From positions 1 through 45,429 of the forward strand of contig PUKL01000021.1 of assembly GCA_003552275.1 (NCBI GenBank): a stretch of 45,429 bases of DNA, read 5' to 3'. The notes beneath the pieces were generated by a model, which was given only the letters and a program-made list of their open reading frames with translations, was not told the DNA's origin and did no database searches. A program made the translations under genes and the position numbers. Positions 26,529 to 35,103 of this stretch are shown one piece after another. The number at the start of each line of letters is the position of its first letter. Position 1 is the first letter of the stretch. The stretch comes from Mollicutes bacterium. GTDB lineage: Bacteria; Bacillota_I; Bacilli_A; Izemoplasmatales; Izemoplasmataceae.

Positions 26529-27273
26529 CGTCCGTCTTGTCCTTGAAGACTTTCAAGGGGTAGTAGGGAATCATGTTCTCCTTGGCCCAGGCAATGGAAT
26601 CCATCGGGTTCATGCCCCAGTTGACGGGACATGTGGAGATGAACTCGATCATGGAAAAGCCTTGTTTGTTCATCTGTACGTCGAAGGCCTTCTCGATCGC
26701 TTTTTTCGCTTTGCGGATGTGTTTGGGGTCATGCACGCTCACGCGTTCGAGATAGGCCGCGCCGGGGATGGTCGCGAGCATCTCGGAGATGCGCAGGGGT
26801 TCGCCCGTGAGCGTCTTGTCGCGACCGAAAGGCGAGGTCGAGGTCTTTTGGCCGAGAAGTGTCGTCGGGGCCATCTGGCCGCCGGTCATCCCATAGATGG
26901 CGTTGTTGACGAAGATGACGGTGATGTTCTCGCCCCGATGGGCCGCATGGACGATCTCGGCGGTGCCGATGGAGGCGAGGTCGCCGTCACCTTGATAGGT
27001 GAAGACGGCGCTGTCGGGACGGACCCGTTTGATGCCCGTGGCGACGGCGGGAGCTCTGCCGTGGGGTGCTTGATGGGCGTCACAGTTGAAATACTCGTAG
27101 CTGAACACGCTGCAGCCGACACTCGCGACGGCGACGGCCTTCTCCAGAAGGCCTTTCTCCACCAGGACTTCGGCGACGAGCTTGTGGATGATGCCGTGGG
27201 TGCAGCCCGGGCAATAGTGGAAGTCTCTCTCCACCAAACCCTTCGTGGGTTCATATACTGTCTTCGCGTTCAC
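26512..27273 (-). CDS. 2-oxoacid:ferredoxin oxidoreductase, beta (TPP-binding) subunit
   Basis: FHYCPGCTHG, VGCSVF and GDGDLASIG (TPP/Mg motif). Confidence 0.9.
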   Translation of the reverse strand: MNAKTVYEPTKGLVERDFHYCPGCTHGIIHKLVAEVLVEKGLLEKAVAVASVGCSVFSYEYFNCDAHQAPHGRAPAVATGIKRVRPDSAVFTYQGDGDLASIGTAEIVHAAHRGENITVIFVNNAIYGMTGGQMAPTTLLGQKTSTSPFGRDKTLTGEPLRISEMLATIPGAAYLERVSVHDPKHIRKAKKAIEKAFDVQMNKQGFSMIEFISTCPVNWGMNPMDSIAWAKENMIPYYPLKVFKDKTDGDNDE

Positions 27274-28343
27274 GAGGAACCCTCCTTTTCCAACATCCGC
27301 TTCACGTGGTCGATGATCTCCTCGGGTTCGGGGACGACGCCGCCCGTGCGACCGTAGAAATCGAGTTCGAAACGGCCGTTGTTCGCGGCGCGTACGTCTT
27401 CGTGCATCTGGCCGAGGCTCATCTCGAGTGTGAGCAGGCTCTTCACGCTTGCGGGGAGTTCGTCGAAAGCCTTCTCCGGGAAGGGCCAGATGGTGATCGG
27501 ACGAATCATGCCGACCTTGATACCTTCTTCACGGAGTGTCTTCACCGCACTCCGGGCGATGCGGGCCATGGAACCATAGGCCACAAAGACGATGTCCGCA
27601 TCGGCGGTCTCGATCATCTCGTAGCGTTGTTCCTTCGCCACCATCTCGTCGTATTTCTTTTGCAGTTTGCGGTTGTGTTTTTCGAGTTCGAGCGGGTCGA
27701 GGTGGATCGAGGTGATGACGTTCCTGCCGCCCTTTCGATCGGAGTTGCCGTCCGCGGCCCATGCTTTCTCGGGCGGGACTTCCGTCTTCGGTGCGGCTTC
27801 GAGGTCGACGGGCTCCATCATCTGTCCGAGCAGGCCGTCGACGGCGATCATGACCGGATTGCGGTAATAGTCGGCGAGCGCGAAACTCTCCTTGATGATG
27901 TTCACGGTCTCTTGCAGGTTTTCGGGGGCGAAGGCGAGAAGATGATAGTCGCCGTTGCCGCCGCCCTTGGTGATCTGCCGGTAGTCGGCTTGCGAGGGTT
28001 GGATGCCGCCGAGACCGGGGCCGCCCCGCATGACATTGATGATGACACAGGGCAGTTCGCTGCCGGCGATGTAGCTGATGCCTTCTTGTTTCAAGGCGAT
28101 GCCCGGGCTCGAAGAGCTCGTGAGGACACGGGCACCGGCGCCGGCGGCGCCATAGACCATGTTGATGGCGGCGACTTCGCTCTCGGCTTGTACGAAGACG
28201 CGGCCTCTTTCCTCCATGTGGCGGGAGAGGTATTCGGGAATCTCGTTCTGCGGGGTGATGGGGTAGCCGAAGAAGGCGTCGCAGCCGCCTTCGATGGCGG
28301 CCAGGGCCATGGCTTCGTTCCCCTTCATCAAGACTTTTGCCAT
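27270..28343 (-). CDS. 2-oxoacid:ferredoxin oxidoreductase, alpha subunit
   Basis: MKGNEAMALAAIEGGCDAFFGYPITPQNEI and AESEVAAINMVYGAAGAGARV. Confidence 0.9.
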   Translation of the reverse strand: MAKVLMKGNEAMALAAIEGGCDAFFGYPITPQNEIPEYLSRHMEERGRVFVQAESEVAAINMVYGAAGAGARVLTSSSSPGIALKQEGISYIAGSELPCVIINVMRGGPGLGGIQPSQADYRQITKGGGNGDYHLLAFAPENLQETVNIIKESFALADYYRNPVMIAVDGLLGQMMEPVDLEAAPKTEVPPEKAWAADGNSDRKGGRNVITSIHLDPLELEKHNRKLQKKYDEMVAKEQRYEMIETADADIVFVAYGSMARIARSAVKTLREEGIKVGMIRPITIWPFPEKAFDELPASVKSLLTLEMSLGQMHEDVRAANNGRFELDFYGRTGGVVPEPEEIIDHVKRMLEKEGSS

Positions 28344-28355
28344 GCTTTCACTCCT

Positions 28356-28580
28356 TTAGGATTTCGTGAATCTCTCGACGGTGATGACATTGTCCGGACA
28401 AATCATGGCGCAAAAAGCGCAAGCGATGCATTTGTCGGGGTCGGTCACCATGAGGGGGGTGTAGCCTTTCTTGTTCGTGCGCGAGGTGTCGAGAGCGAGG
28501 ATGTCGACGGGGCAATGATGCACACAGAGATCACAACCCTTGCATTTGTCCTCGTTGATGATGATTCTACCTTTAGCCAT
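28356..28580 (-). CDS. 2-oxoacid:ferredoxin oxidoreductase, delta (2x[4Fe-4S] ferredoxin) subunit
   Basis: CKGCDLCVHHCP and CIACAFCAMICP in 74 aa. It is the first gene of the four-subunit set. Confidence 0.88.
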   Translation of the reverse strand: MAKGRIIINEDKCKGCDLCVHHCPVDILALDTSRTNKKGYTPLMVTDPDKCIACAFCAMICPDNVITVERFTKS

Positions 28581-28589
28581 AAAATCCTC

Positions 28590-29240
28590 CTATAACCATT
28601 TCTTGGCGAGATAACGCCGCAAGGAGCGCGTCTCTCCGGAAAAGGTCCCCGACAAGGGGACGCTTTCCTCGTGGAAGGTGTAACGAATCGGGATGCCCCG
28701 GGCGGTGGCCACTTCGGCAAGGATGCGCTCACCCTTCTCGATGTGTTCCGCACGGGTCTCCTTGATGAGGTTGGAGTTGTTGATGAGACCGGTCACCTTC
28801 ATGTCGGCGGCCGCCTCCAGACTGTCGATGAGACGGACAATCTTTTGGGCGTCGGCGGTCTCGGGTCGGAAGACGTTCACCACGACGAGGAAGTCCACGG
28901 TGTCGTCAAGGGCGAACATGTGACGGTATTGTTGGACGAGCTTCGCGCCCTGGTCCGTGCCGCCGAGGTCGTAGATGGCGCGAATGCTCTTGTCGTGGAA
29001 AGGGGCGGCACCTTTGGCGCTGATCACCGGAAGGTCGCTGTTCGCCGCCTTCTCGATGGAGCTTTCCACGAGCGTGACGCCTTCGGCCGCCAATAGTTCA
29101 TGGACGCTGCGGGAACGGAAATAGGGATTGATGACGTCGAGGTCGACCAGATAGTCGATGCCCTCGTCGATGGCGAGATTCACCGCGATCTCCGATTTCC
29201 CCGATCCGTAGTGTCCGCAGAGGAAGGTGATCCTTCTCAT
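28590..29240 (-). CDS. P-loop NTPase of unknown function (SIMIBI/G3E-like layout)
   Basis: Walker A GHYGSGKSE at residues 9-17. DFLVVVN is a Walker-B-like strand. GLINNSNL sits where G3E GTPases have NKxD. It lies between the dehydrogenase and the oxidoreductase genes with 3-9 nt gaps. Confidence 0.6.
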   Translation of the reverse strand: MRRITFLCGHYGSGKSEIAVNLAIDEGIDYLVDLDVINPYFRSRSVHELLAAEGVTLVESSIEKAANSDLPVISAKGAAPFHDKSIRAIYDLGGTDQGAKLVQQYRHMFALDDTVDFLVVVNVFRPETADAQKIVRLIDSLEAAADMKVTGLINNSNLIKETRAEHIEKGERILAEVATARGIPIRYTFHEESVPLSGTFSGETRSLRRYLAKKWL

Positions 29241-29243
29241 GGA

Positions 29244-30314
29244 TTACTTCTTGATGTAGTTGGCGTGGATTTTGTCGATCTGGTCGATGCGGCGCTCGGC
29301 GAAGATCTTCGCCGCCTGGGTCGTGGTCACGTTGTCTTCCTTGGCGACCTGATAGATCTCGAGGAGGCGGTCGTAGATGAGTTCGATTTCATTGAAGGCC
29401 TTGGTCTTGTCATATTCTTTGAGTTCGTGGCTGACGTTGATGAGACCGCCGGCATTGATGACGAAGTCGGGGGCATAGAGGATACCCTGTTCTTGGACGG
29501 CCTTGCCGTGTTTGTCTTCGTCTTCCAAGACATTGTTCGCCGTACCGCCGATGATCGGCGCCTTGATCTTCTTCAAGGTCTTGTCGTTGACGACGGCGCC
29601 CAGAGCACAGGGGGCGAACACGTCGACATCGAGTCCGTAGATGTCGTCGGGCTCGACGAATTCCACTTCGGGATACTTCTTCTTGATCTTCTCGATGTGC
29701 TTCTCGTTGATTTCGGTGAAATAGATCTTCTTCGCATTCGCTTCGAGCAGATAGCCGATCAGGAAATCGCCCGTCTGGCCGGCGCCCTGCACGGCATAGG
29801 TGTATTTCGAGATATCGTCGTCCCCGAACTTTTCCTTCAACGAGGCGCGGATACCGTGGAATGCGCCCCAAGCGGTCGCGGGAGAAGGATTGCCGCTTTT
29901 TTCGGGGATGGCCACGACATAGTCGGTCTCGACATTGATGAATTTCATGTCCTTGGCGCTCGTGTTGACGTCGGGAGCGGTGATGTAGCGTCCTCCCAGG
30001 GTCTGCACATAGCGTCCGAAGGCGCGGAAATACGCTTCGCTCTTGACCTTTTCGGGATCGCCGATGAGGACGGACTTGCCGCCGCCGAGGTTCAACCCGG
30101 CCGCCGCGGCCTTGTAGGTCATGCCCCGTGCGAGACGGAGGACATCGAGCGTGGCCTCTTCTTCGGACTCGTAGTTCCAGAGTCTCGTACCGCCGAGGGA
30201 GGGTCCGAGGGTGGTGTTGTGGATACAGGTGATGCCCTTGAGGCCGGTGCTCTCGTCATGGAAGAACACCAATTGTTCATAACCGTACTTCTCCATGTAG
30301 TCGAACTTCTTCAT
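29244..30314 (-). CDS. bcd: leucine (branched-chain amino acid) dehydrogenase
   Basis: GPSLGGTRLWNYESEEEATLDVLRLARGMTYKAAAAGLNLGGGKSVLIGDP has the catalytic Lys region of Leu/Val dehydrogenases. GAGQTG is the NAD fold. AAAGGAGG SD. Confidence 0.92.
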   Translation of the reverse strand: MKKFDYMEKYGYEQLVFFHDESTGLKGITCIHNTTLGPSLGGTRLWNYESEEEATLDVLRLARGMTYKAAAAGLNLGGGKSVLIGDPEKVKSEAYFRAFGRYVQTLGGRYITAPDVNTSAKDMKFINVETDYVVAIPEKSGNPSPATAWGAFHGIRASLKEKFGDDDISKYTYAVQGAGQTGDFLIGYLLEANAKKIYFTEINEKHIEKIKKKYPEVEFVEPDDIYGLDVDVFAPCALGAVVNDKTLKKIKAPIIGGTANNVLEDEDKHGKAVQEQGILYAPDFVINAGGLINVSHELKEYDKTKAFNEIELIYDRLLEIYQVAKEDNVTTTQAAKIFAERRIDQIDKIHANYIKK

Positions 30315-30363
30315 GAATATAATGCCTCCTTTTCATAATTGGCGAACAAAAATTTAAACGCCA

Positions 30364-30377
30364 TGTAAGCGTTTTTA
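30364..30377 (-). promoter_or_regulatory. cre-like box (13/14) in the 5' UTR of the bcd operon
   Basis: The plus strand reads TGTAAGCGTTTTTA. It is embedded in the palindrome CCATGT...ACATGG, about 10-25 nt downstream of the predicted transcription start. Confidence 0.4.
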
Positions 30378-30385
30378 CACATGGG

Positions 30386-30414
30386 ATTATATCACGTTTG
30401 TCATACAGATGCAA
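30386..30414 (-). promoter_or_regulatory. promoter of the bcd-oxidoreductase-buk operon (TTGCAT-17 nt-TGaTATAAT)
   Basis: The minus strand reads TTGCAT (30414..30409), a 17-nt spacer ending in TGA, then TATAAT (30391..30386). Confidence 0.7.
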
Positions 30415-30447
30415 CTTGAAAAGGGAAATGATGGACCGAAAACACCG

Positions 30448-30474
30448 AAAAAAAGCCCCCGGCGGGCGGGGGCT
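30448..30474 (-). terminator. intrinsic terminator after leuS
   Basis: RNA AGCCCCCG-CCCGC-CGGGGGCU is followed by U7. Confidence 0.88.
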
Positions 30475-30478
30475 TTGT

Positions 30479-32884
30479 TCATTTGGCGACGACATTCACA
30501 AGACGGCCCGGGACGACGACCACCTTGACGATTTTCTTGCCTTCGGTGAATTTTTTCACCCGTTCGTTCGCGAGGGCCATGCTTTCGAGTTCGGCCTTGT
30601 CCGTGTCTTTCGCCACTTCCATCTTGTCGCGGACCTTGCCGTTCACGCTGAAGACGATCGTCACGCGTTCTTCCTCCAACAGGCTTTCGTCGACATCGGG
30701 CCAGGAGCTCTTCACCAGGGGTTCGCGATGCCCCAGACGCTCGTTCAGCTCTTCGGCGATGTGGGGGGCGAAGGGGTTCAAGAGCTTCAAAAACGTCCGG
30801 AAGGTGTCTTTCGTGATGCCCTCCGCTTTCGCCGCCTCGTTCGCGAACGTCATGAGTTTGGCGATGGCGGTGTTGAATTTCGTCTCTTCGATATCTTCGT
30901 CGACACCCGCGATGGTCTTGTGCAGAAGGGTCTCGACCGCTTTTTCGTCTTTATCGGCCCCGACTTTTTCCCTGAGTCGCCAGACCTTCTCGAGGAAGCG
31001 CCGGCAACCTTTGAGTCCGTTGTCGTTCCAGGGGGTCGATTGTTCGTAGTCGCCGATGAAGAGGATGTAGAGACGGAGCGTGTCGGCCCCGTGGGTCTCG
31101 ATGATCTCGGCGGGATCGACGACATTGCCTTTGGACTTGCTCATCTTGTCGCCGTCGGAGCCGAGGATGAGACCTTGCGCGGTCCTTTTCTTGAAAGGCT
31201 CCTTCGTGGGGACGACACCGATGTCGTAGAGGAACTGGTGCCAAAAGCGGCTGTAGATGACATGGCGGGTGACATGTTCCATGCCGCCGTTGTACCAATC
31301 GACGCCGAGCCAGTATTTGAGTTTGTGATAGTTGGCGAGTTCGGTGTCGTTCTTCGGGTCCACATAGCGGAGGAAATACCAGCTGCTTCCCGCCCATTGC
31401 GGCATCGTGTCGGTCTCCCGGCGGGCCTCGCCGCCGCAAGTCGGACACGTCGTCCGTACGAACGATTCGATGTTCGCGAGCGGGCTTTCGCCTTCACGGT
31501 TCGGCTCGAAACGTTCGAGATCGGGAAGACGGACGGGCAAATCCTCTTCTTTCACGCCCTGCATGCCGCATTGTTCGCAATGGACGATGGGGATGGGCTC
31601 GCCCCAGTAGCGTTGGCGGTTGAAGGCCCAATCCTTCATCTTGTAGCTGACGGCGGCCCCGCCGAGTTCTTCCTCCTCAAGGCGGGCGTTCATCTTCCGG
31701 ATGGCCTCCTTCACGGAAAGACCGTCCAAGAAGTCGCTGTTGACGAGGATGCCTTCCTCGACGTCGGTGTAGGCCTCCTTGTCGACATCGCCGCCGGCGA
31801 TGACCTCTTTGATGGCGAGGCCGTATTTTTTCGCGAAGGCGTGGTCCCTTTCGTCATGACCGGGAACGGCCATGATGGCGCCGGTGCCGTAGTCCATCAT
31901 GACATAGTCGGCCACGAAGATGGGCAATTTCTCTTTGGTGAAAGGATGCAAGGCGTGCACACCTTCGATCTTGATGCCTTCTTTTTCGCGGGTCTCGTCG
32001 GTGCGTTCCATCTCCGATTTCTGTTCCGCTTTCTTCCTGTAGGCGCGAATCTCATCCATGTTGGAGATTCTCTCTGCGAGCTTGTCGATGAAGGGGTGTT
32101 CGGGGGCGACCACCATGAACGTGGCCCCGAACAGGGTGTCCGAACGGGTCGTGAAGACTTTCAGCCTTTCTTCTGTGCCTTCGACGGGAAAGAGGATCTC
32201 TGCGCCTTCGCTCTTGCCGATCCAGTTCTCCTGTTCGGTCTTGATACGGGGCAGGGGTTCGAGGTCGTCGAGCCCTTCGAGGAGCCTCTCGGCATACTTC
32301 GTGATGCGCAGGAACCAGACGTCCTTCTCCTTCTTCTCGACCGTGCTGCCGCAGCGGTCGCATTCGCCGCCTTGGCTCTCTTCGTTCGAGAGCACCACCC
32401 GACAATCGGGACAGAAGTTGACTTTCGTCTTGTCGCGATAGGCGAGGTCGTGTTCGAACATCTTCAAGAAGATCCATTGCGTCCACTTGTAGTAGTCGGG
32501 ATCGGTCGTGTCGACCACACGGCTGAAATCGAAAGAGAACCCCGTGCGTTTGATCTGTTCGGTGAAGGTCTCGATGTTCTCGTCCGTCACCTTGCGGGGA
32601 TGGACCCCTTTTTGCATCGCGTAGTTCTCCGTGGGGAGGCCGAACGCGTCGAAGCCGATCGGGAAGAGGACGTTGTAGCCTTCCATGCGGCGCTTGCGGC
32701 TCACGACCTCGAGGGAGGTGTAAGCCCGGAAATGACCGACATGCATGCCCGTCCCCGAAGGATAGGGGAATTCCACCAAAGCGTAATACTTGGGTTTCTC
32801 CCCGAAATCCTCGGCCTGGAAGAAATCACGCGAATACCAGTAATCCTGCCATTTTTTCTCGATGCTTTGCGAATCGTATTTCAT
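30479..32884 (-). CDS. leuS: leucine--tRNA ligase
   Basis: MKYDSQSIEKKWQDYW, the HIGH-type motif (GTGMHVGH) and KMSKS (DKMSKSKGN). AAGGAAGTGG SD lies 5 nt before ATG 32884. The track start 32902 is upstream in frame. Confidence 0.96.
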   Translation of the reverse strand: MKYDSQSIEKKWQDYWYSRDFFQAEDFGEKPKYYALVEFPYPSGTGMHVGHFRAYTSLEVVSRKRRMEGYNVLFPIGFDAFGLPTENYAMQKGVHPRKVTDENIETFTEQIKRTGFSFDFSRVVDTTDPDYYKWTQWIFLKMFEHDLAYRDKTKVNFCPDCRVVLSNEESQGGECDRCGSTVEKKEKDVWFLRITKYAERLLEGLDDLEPLPRIKTEQENWIGKSEGAEILFPVEGTEERLKVFTTRSDTLFGATFMVVAPEHPFIDKLAERISNMDEIRAYRKKAEQKSEMERTDETREKEGIKIEGVHALHPFTKEKLPIFVADYVMMDYGTGAIMAVPGHDERDHAFAKKYGLAIKEVIAGGDVDKEAYTDVEEGILVNSDFLDGLSVKEAIRKMNARLEEEELGGAAVSYKMKDWAFNRQRYWGEPIPIVHCEQCGMQGVKEEDLPVRLPDLERFEPNREGESPLANIESFVRTTCPTCGGEARRETDTMPQWAGSSWYFLRYVDPKNDTELANYHKLKYWLGVDWYNGGMEHVTRHVIYSRFWHQFLYDIGVVPTKEPFKKRTAQGLILGSDGDKMSKSKGNVVDPAEIIETHGADTLRLYILFIGDYEQSTPWNDNGLKGCRRFLEKVWRLREKVGADKDEKAVETLLHKTIAGVDEDIEETKFNTAIAKLMTFANEAAKAEGITKDTFRTFLKLLNPFAPHIAEELNERLGHREPLVKSSWPDVDESLLEEERVTIVFSVNGKVRDKMEVAKDTDKAELESMALANERVKKFTEGKKIVKVVVVPGRLVNVVAK

Positions 32885-32911
32885 AGAGACCACTTCCTTC
32901 ATGGTTGGATG

Positions 32912-33124
32912 AAAAAACGTCCTTGAAAGGGTTCAAGGACGAAGAAACTCCGCGGTACCACCTTGGTTCGGGTGCGCTCTTTCCCTTAACGCGGGGAACG
33001 TCGCGGCTTTTCTTCCGCGCGGTTCTCCGGACGAGTTCACATCGTGCGCTTCCCGGTTTTCACCGACCACCGGGTCTCTGGCAAGCGCGAGAGATGCTAC
33101 TGCTTCCGGGTCATGACCTTTGTG
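32912..33124 (-). promoter_or_regulatory. T-box riboswitch leader, Leu specifier (CUC)
   Basis: The conserved T-box sequence AAGGUGGUACCGCG is at 32951..32964. A specifier-loop-like GUGAA-CUC-G has CUC at 33035..33033. The terminator GUCCUUGAA-CCC-UUCAAGGAC plus U6 is at 32912..32940, and its 5' arm can alternatively pair with the T-box. Confidence 0.85.
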
Positions 33125-33130
33125 ACATCA

Positions 33131-33159
33131 ATGTTACCACAGAAACATCGCCGTGACAA
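33131..33159 (-). promoter_or_regulatory. promoter of the leuS T-box leader (TTGTCA-17 nt-TGgTAACAT)
   Basis: -35 at 33159..33154 and an extended -10 at 33139..33131. It lies directly after the stop of the upstream gene. Confidence 0.55.
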
Positions 33160-33160
33160 G

Positions 33161-33991
33161 TCAATTTCCCCCGCGGGTGAGGCGCTGGATCTCCAACACG
33201 AGACGACTCGTCTGACGAAAGGCGATAAAGAGCAGGACGAAAAGGAGAAACAGGGAAAAATCGAACATGACGTGGAAGATGACCACGACATAGAGGAGTG
33301 TCGAAGCATAGGCCATAATCACGAACATCTGCTTGAAACGCACCTTGGGGTTCAAGATCCACATGAAGAGCGAGTTCAAGAGCACGAAACCGGCATAGAT
33401 GGCGAGGCTGCCCAGCACGCGCAACACGACAAGCGGTGTCCCCCAAAGCAAACGTTGGGCGGCGATCTCGGCGTCGATGACGGAAAAGAGTCGACCGAAG
33501 AAGGCGTCGGCCTCGTCACGGTCTTCGGTGTCGAAGGTGAACGAGAGATTCTCGGCATCGCCGGCGAGTTCGGACAGAGGCATCTCGTGGCTGGCGGAGC
33601 CGAAGATGTTCGTGACGAGCACACGCACCGTGTCTCCATGCACCACGAAATGGAAAGGTTTCGTGACCGCATAGGATTCATCGTCCGTGGTTCTCGCATC
33701 GATCGTCAGGGCGAACGGCCCTTCGGAAAAGACGGTGTGGCTGATCTCTTCGTCGCATGTGAGTGTCGCCGACTCGATGACGCAATCCGCCGGCGGGCTT
33801 TGGTAGTTCTCACGGATCTCTTGGCGATAACGCATAGGCAAGGCGTCGAAATTGGCGACCTGGATGAGGGTCCCCGTCGCCGACAACAAGGCGAAAAACA
33901 CTATGTACAAGACGACCAAAAACACCCGGTCGTTGCGGTAGGCGATGAGTCCTTGCGGGGCGACGATCGCTTGGCGGATCCTTTCCAACAT
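33161..33991 (-). CDS. integral membrane protein, DUF1189 (YvdJ)-like architecture
   Basis: The layout is an N-terminal TM, a ~140-aa extracytoplasmic segment, then 3-4 C-terminal TM helices. AAAGAGGGTG SD lies 9 nt before ATG 33991. The family assignment is by architecture only. Confidence 0.55.
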   Translation of the reverse strand: MLERIRQAIVAPQGLIAYRNDRVFLVVLYIVFFALLSATGTLIQVANFDALPMRYRQEIRENYQSPPADCVIESATLTCDEEISHTVFSEGPFALTIDARTTDDESYAVTKPFHFVVHGDTVRVLVTNIFGSASHEMPLSELAGDAENLSFTFDTEDRDEADAFFGRLFSVIDAEIAAQRLLWGTPLVVLRVLGSLAIYAGFVLLNSLFMWILNPKVRFKQMFVIMAYASTLLYVVVIFHVMFDFSLFLLFVLLFIAFRQTSRLVLEIQRLTRGGN

Positions 33992-34064
33992 ATTTGTGCA
34001 CACCCTCTTTCCGTCCGGCTAACACGGACATTGTATCATGAAAAGCACGTTTTTTCTTATCCTA

Positions 34065-34073
34065 TGGTAAAAT
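34065..34073 (+). promoter_or_regulatory. extended -10 element (TGgTAAAAT) for the radical SAM gene
   Basis: It lies 20 nt upstream of ATG 34093. A divergent TGaTACAAT on the minus strand (34038..34030) could serve the DUF1189-like gene. Confidence 0.4.
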
Positions 34074-34092
34074 GACCGCGGGAGGGATCATC

Positions 34093-35019
34093 ATGGCCCG
34101 GCAGAACGACAAACGCTACCGCACGCTCGACGACTTCTTCAAGCGGACTTTCGGCACCAAAGTGTTCAAGGTGCCCTTGGACGCCGCTTTCACCTGCCCG
34201 AACAAGGACGGCACGAAAGGCACGGGCGGCTGCATCTATTGTGCCGAGGGGGGCGGGGGTGTCGGCGAGAGCGCCGACCTTTCCCTGCGCGAACAATACG
34301 CCCGCATGAAAAAACGCCTGCTCGCGAAATGGCCCGACGCCAAGACCATCCCCTACTTCCAGGCGAACTCGAACACCTACGCGCCCAGAGCCACCCTCGA
34401 GCGCCTCTATCACGAAGCGCTGTCTTTCGACGACGACATCGTGGGCCTCGCTGTCGCCACCCGCCCCGATTGTCTCAGTGAAGAAGTCCTCGACCTTCTC
34501 GCCTCCTTGCGTCAAAAGACCTACCTGCAAGTCGAACTCGGCTTGCAGACGATCCACGAAGAGACGGCCGAGGCAATCAACCGCGGCCACGACCTCGCTT
34601 GTTTCGAAGAAGCGCTCGACGCGTTGCGAGAACGAAAGATCGACACCGTCGTGCACATCATCAACGGCCTGCCCGGCGAAAGCGGCGGCGAGATGACAGA
34701 GACCGTCCGCTATCTCGCAAAAAAGGACATCCAGGGTGTGAAGATCCACATGCTTCATGTCCTGCGGGGCACCCCGCTCGAAAAACTCTATGAACAAGGT
34801 GCCTTCCACCTGCTCACACGCGACGAATACGTCCGTCTCGTCGTGGCCCAGCTCGAACTTTTGCCCCCCGATGTCGTCATCCACAGACTCACGGGGGATG
34901 CTCCCAAAGAGCTCCTCGTCGCTCCCGAGTGGATCTTGAAAAAATTCGTGGTCTTGAACGAGATCGACAAGCTCATGCGCAAAAAGGACACTTGGCAAGG
35001 AAAAGCACACTCTCCGTGA
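34093..35019 (+). CDS. TIGR01212 (YtqA/YhcC)-type radical SAM protein
   Basis: FKVPLDAAFTCPNKDGTKGTGGCIYCAEGG is typical of this family. GGGAGGG SD lies 7 nt before the ATG. It is the only plus-strand gene. The 34057..35025 minus ORF is its antisense shadow. Confidence 0.85.
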   Translation: MARQNDKRYRTLDDFFKRTFGTKVFKVPLDAAFTCPNKDGTKGTGGCIYCAEGGGGVGESADLSLREQYARMKKRLLAKWPDAKTIPYFQANSNTYAPRATLERLYHEALSFDDDIVGLAVATRPDCLSEEVLDLLASLRQKTYLQVELGLQTIHEETAEAINRGHDLACFEEALDALRERKIDTVVHIINGLPGESGGEMTETVRYLAKKDIQGVKIHMLHVLRGTPLEKLYEQGAFHLLTRDEYVRLVVAQLELLPPDVVIHRLTGDAPKELLVAPEWILKKFVVLNEIDKLMRKKDTWQGKAHSP

Positions 35020-35047
35020 AAACATCGCCCGCCGGCGATGTTTTTTC
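35020..35047. terminator. bidirectional intrinsic terminator between convergent genes
   Basis: CATCGCC-CGCC-GGCGATG is flanked by AAAA on the left and TTTTTT on the right. Confidence 0.8.
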
Positions 35048-35103
35048 TTCGGGTCATGATGCCCGGATTGAAACGTCTTCTCTTCAAAAGCACACTGTGC
35101 CCG

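Noticed and set aside
30361-30384. Hairpin plus U-rich tract in the bcd leader as an intrinsic terminator or attenuator
   Set aside because: It has only a 6-bp stem with a 12-nt loop and an interrupted U-tract. The sequence is better explained as a cre-like palindrome.
30398-32926. 842-aa plus-strand ORF
   Set aside because: It is antisense to leuS (HIGH-type and KMSKS motifs are on the minus strand). It would also run through the leuS terminator and the T-box.
34057-35025. 322-aa minus-strand ORF covering the radical SAM gene. I considered it because almost everything else is on the minus strand.
   Set aside because: The plus-strand frame gives the TIGR01212-type radical SAM signature (…CPNKDGTKGTGGCIYC…) with a good SD and a downstream terminator. 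The minus frame is low-complexity and lacks a start context.
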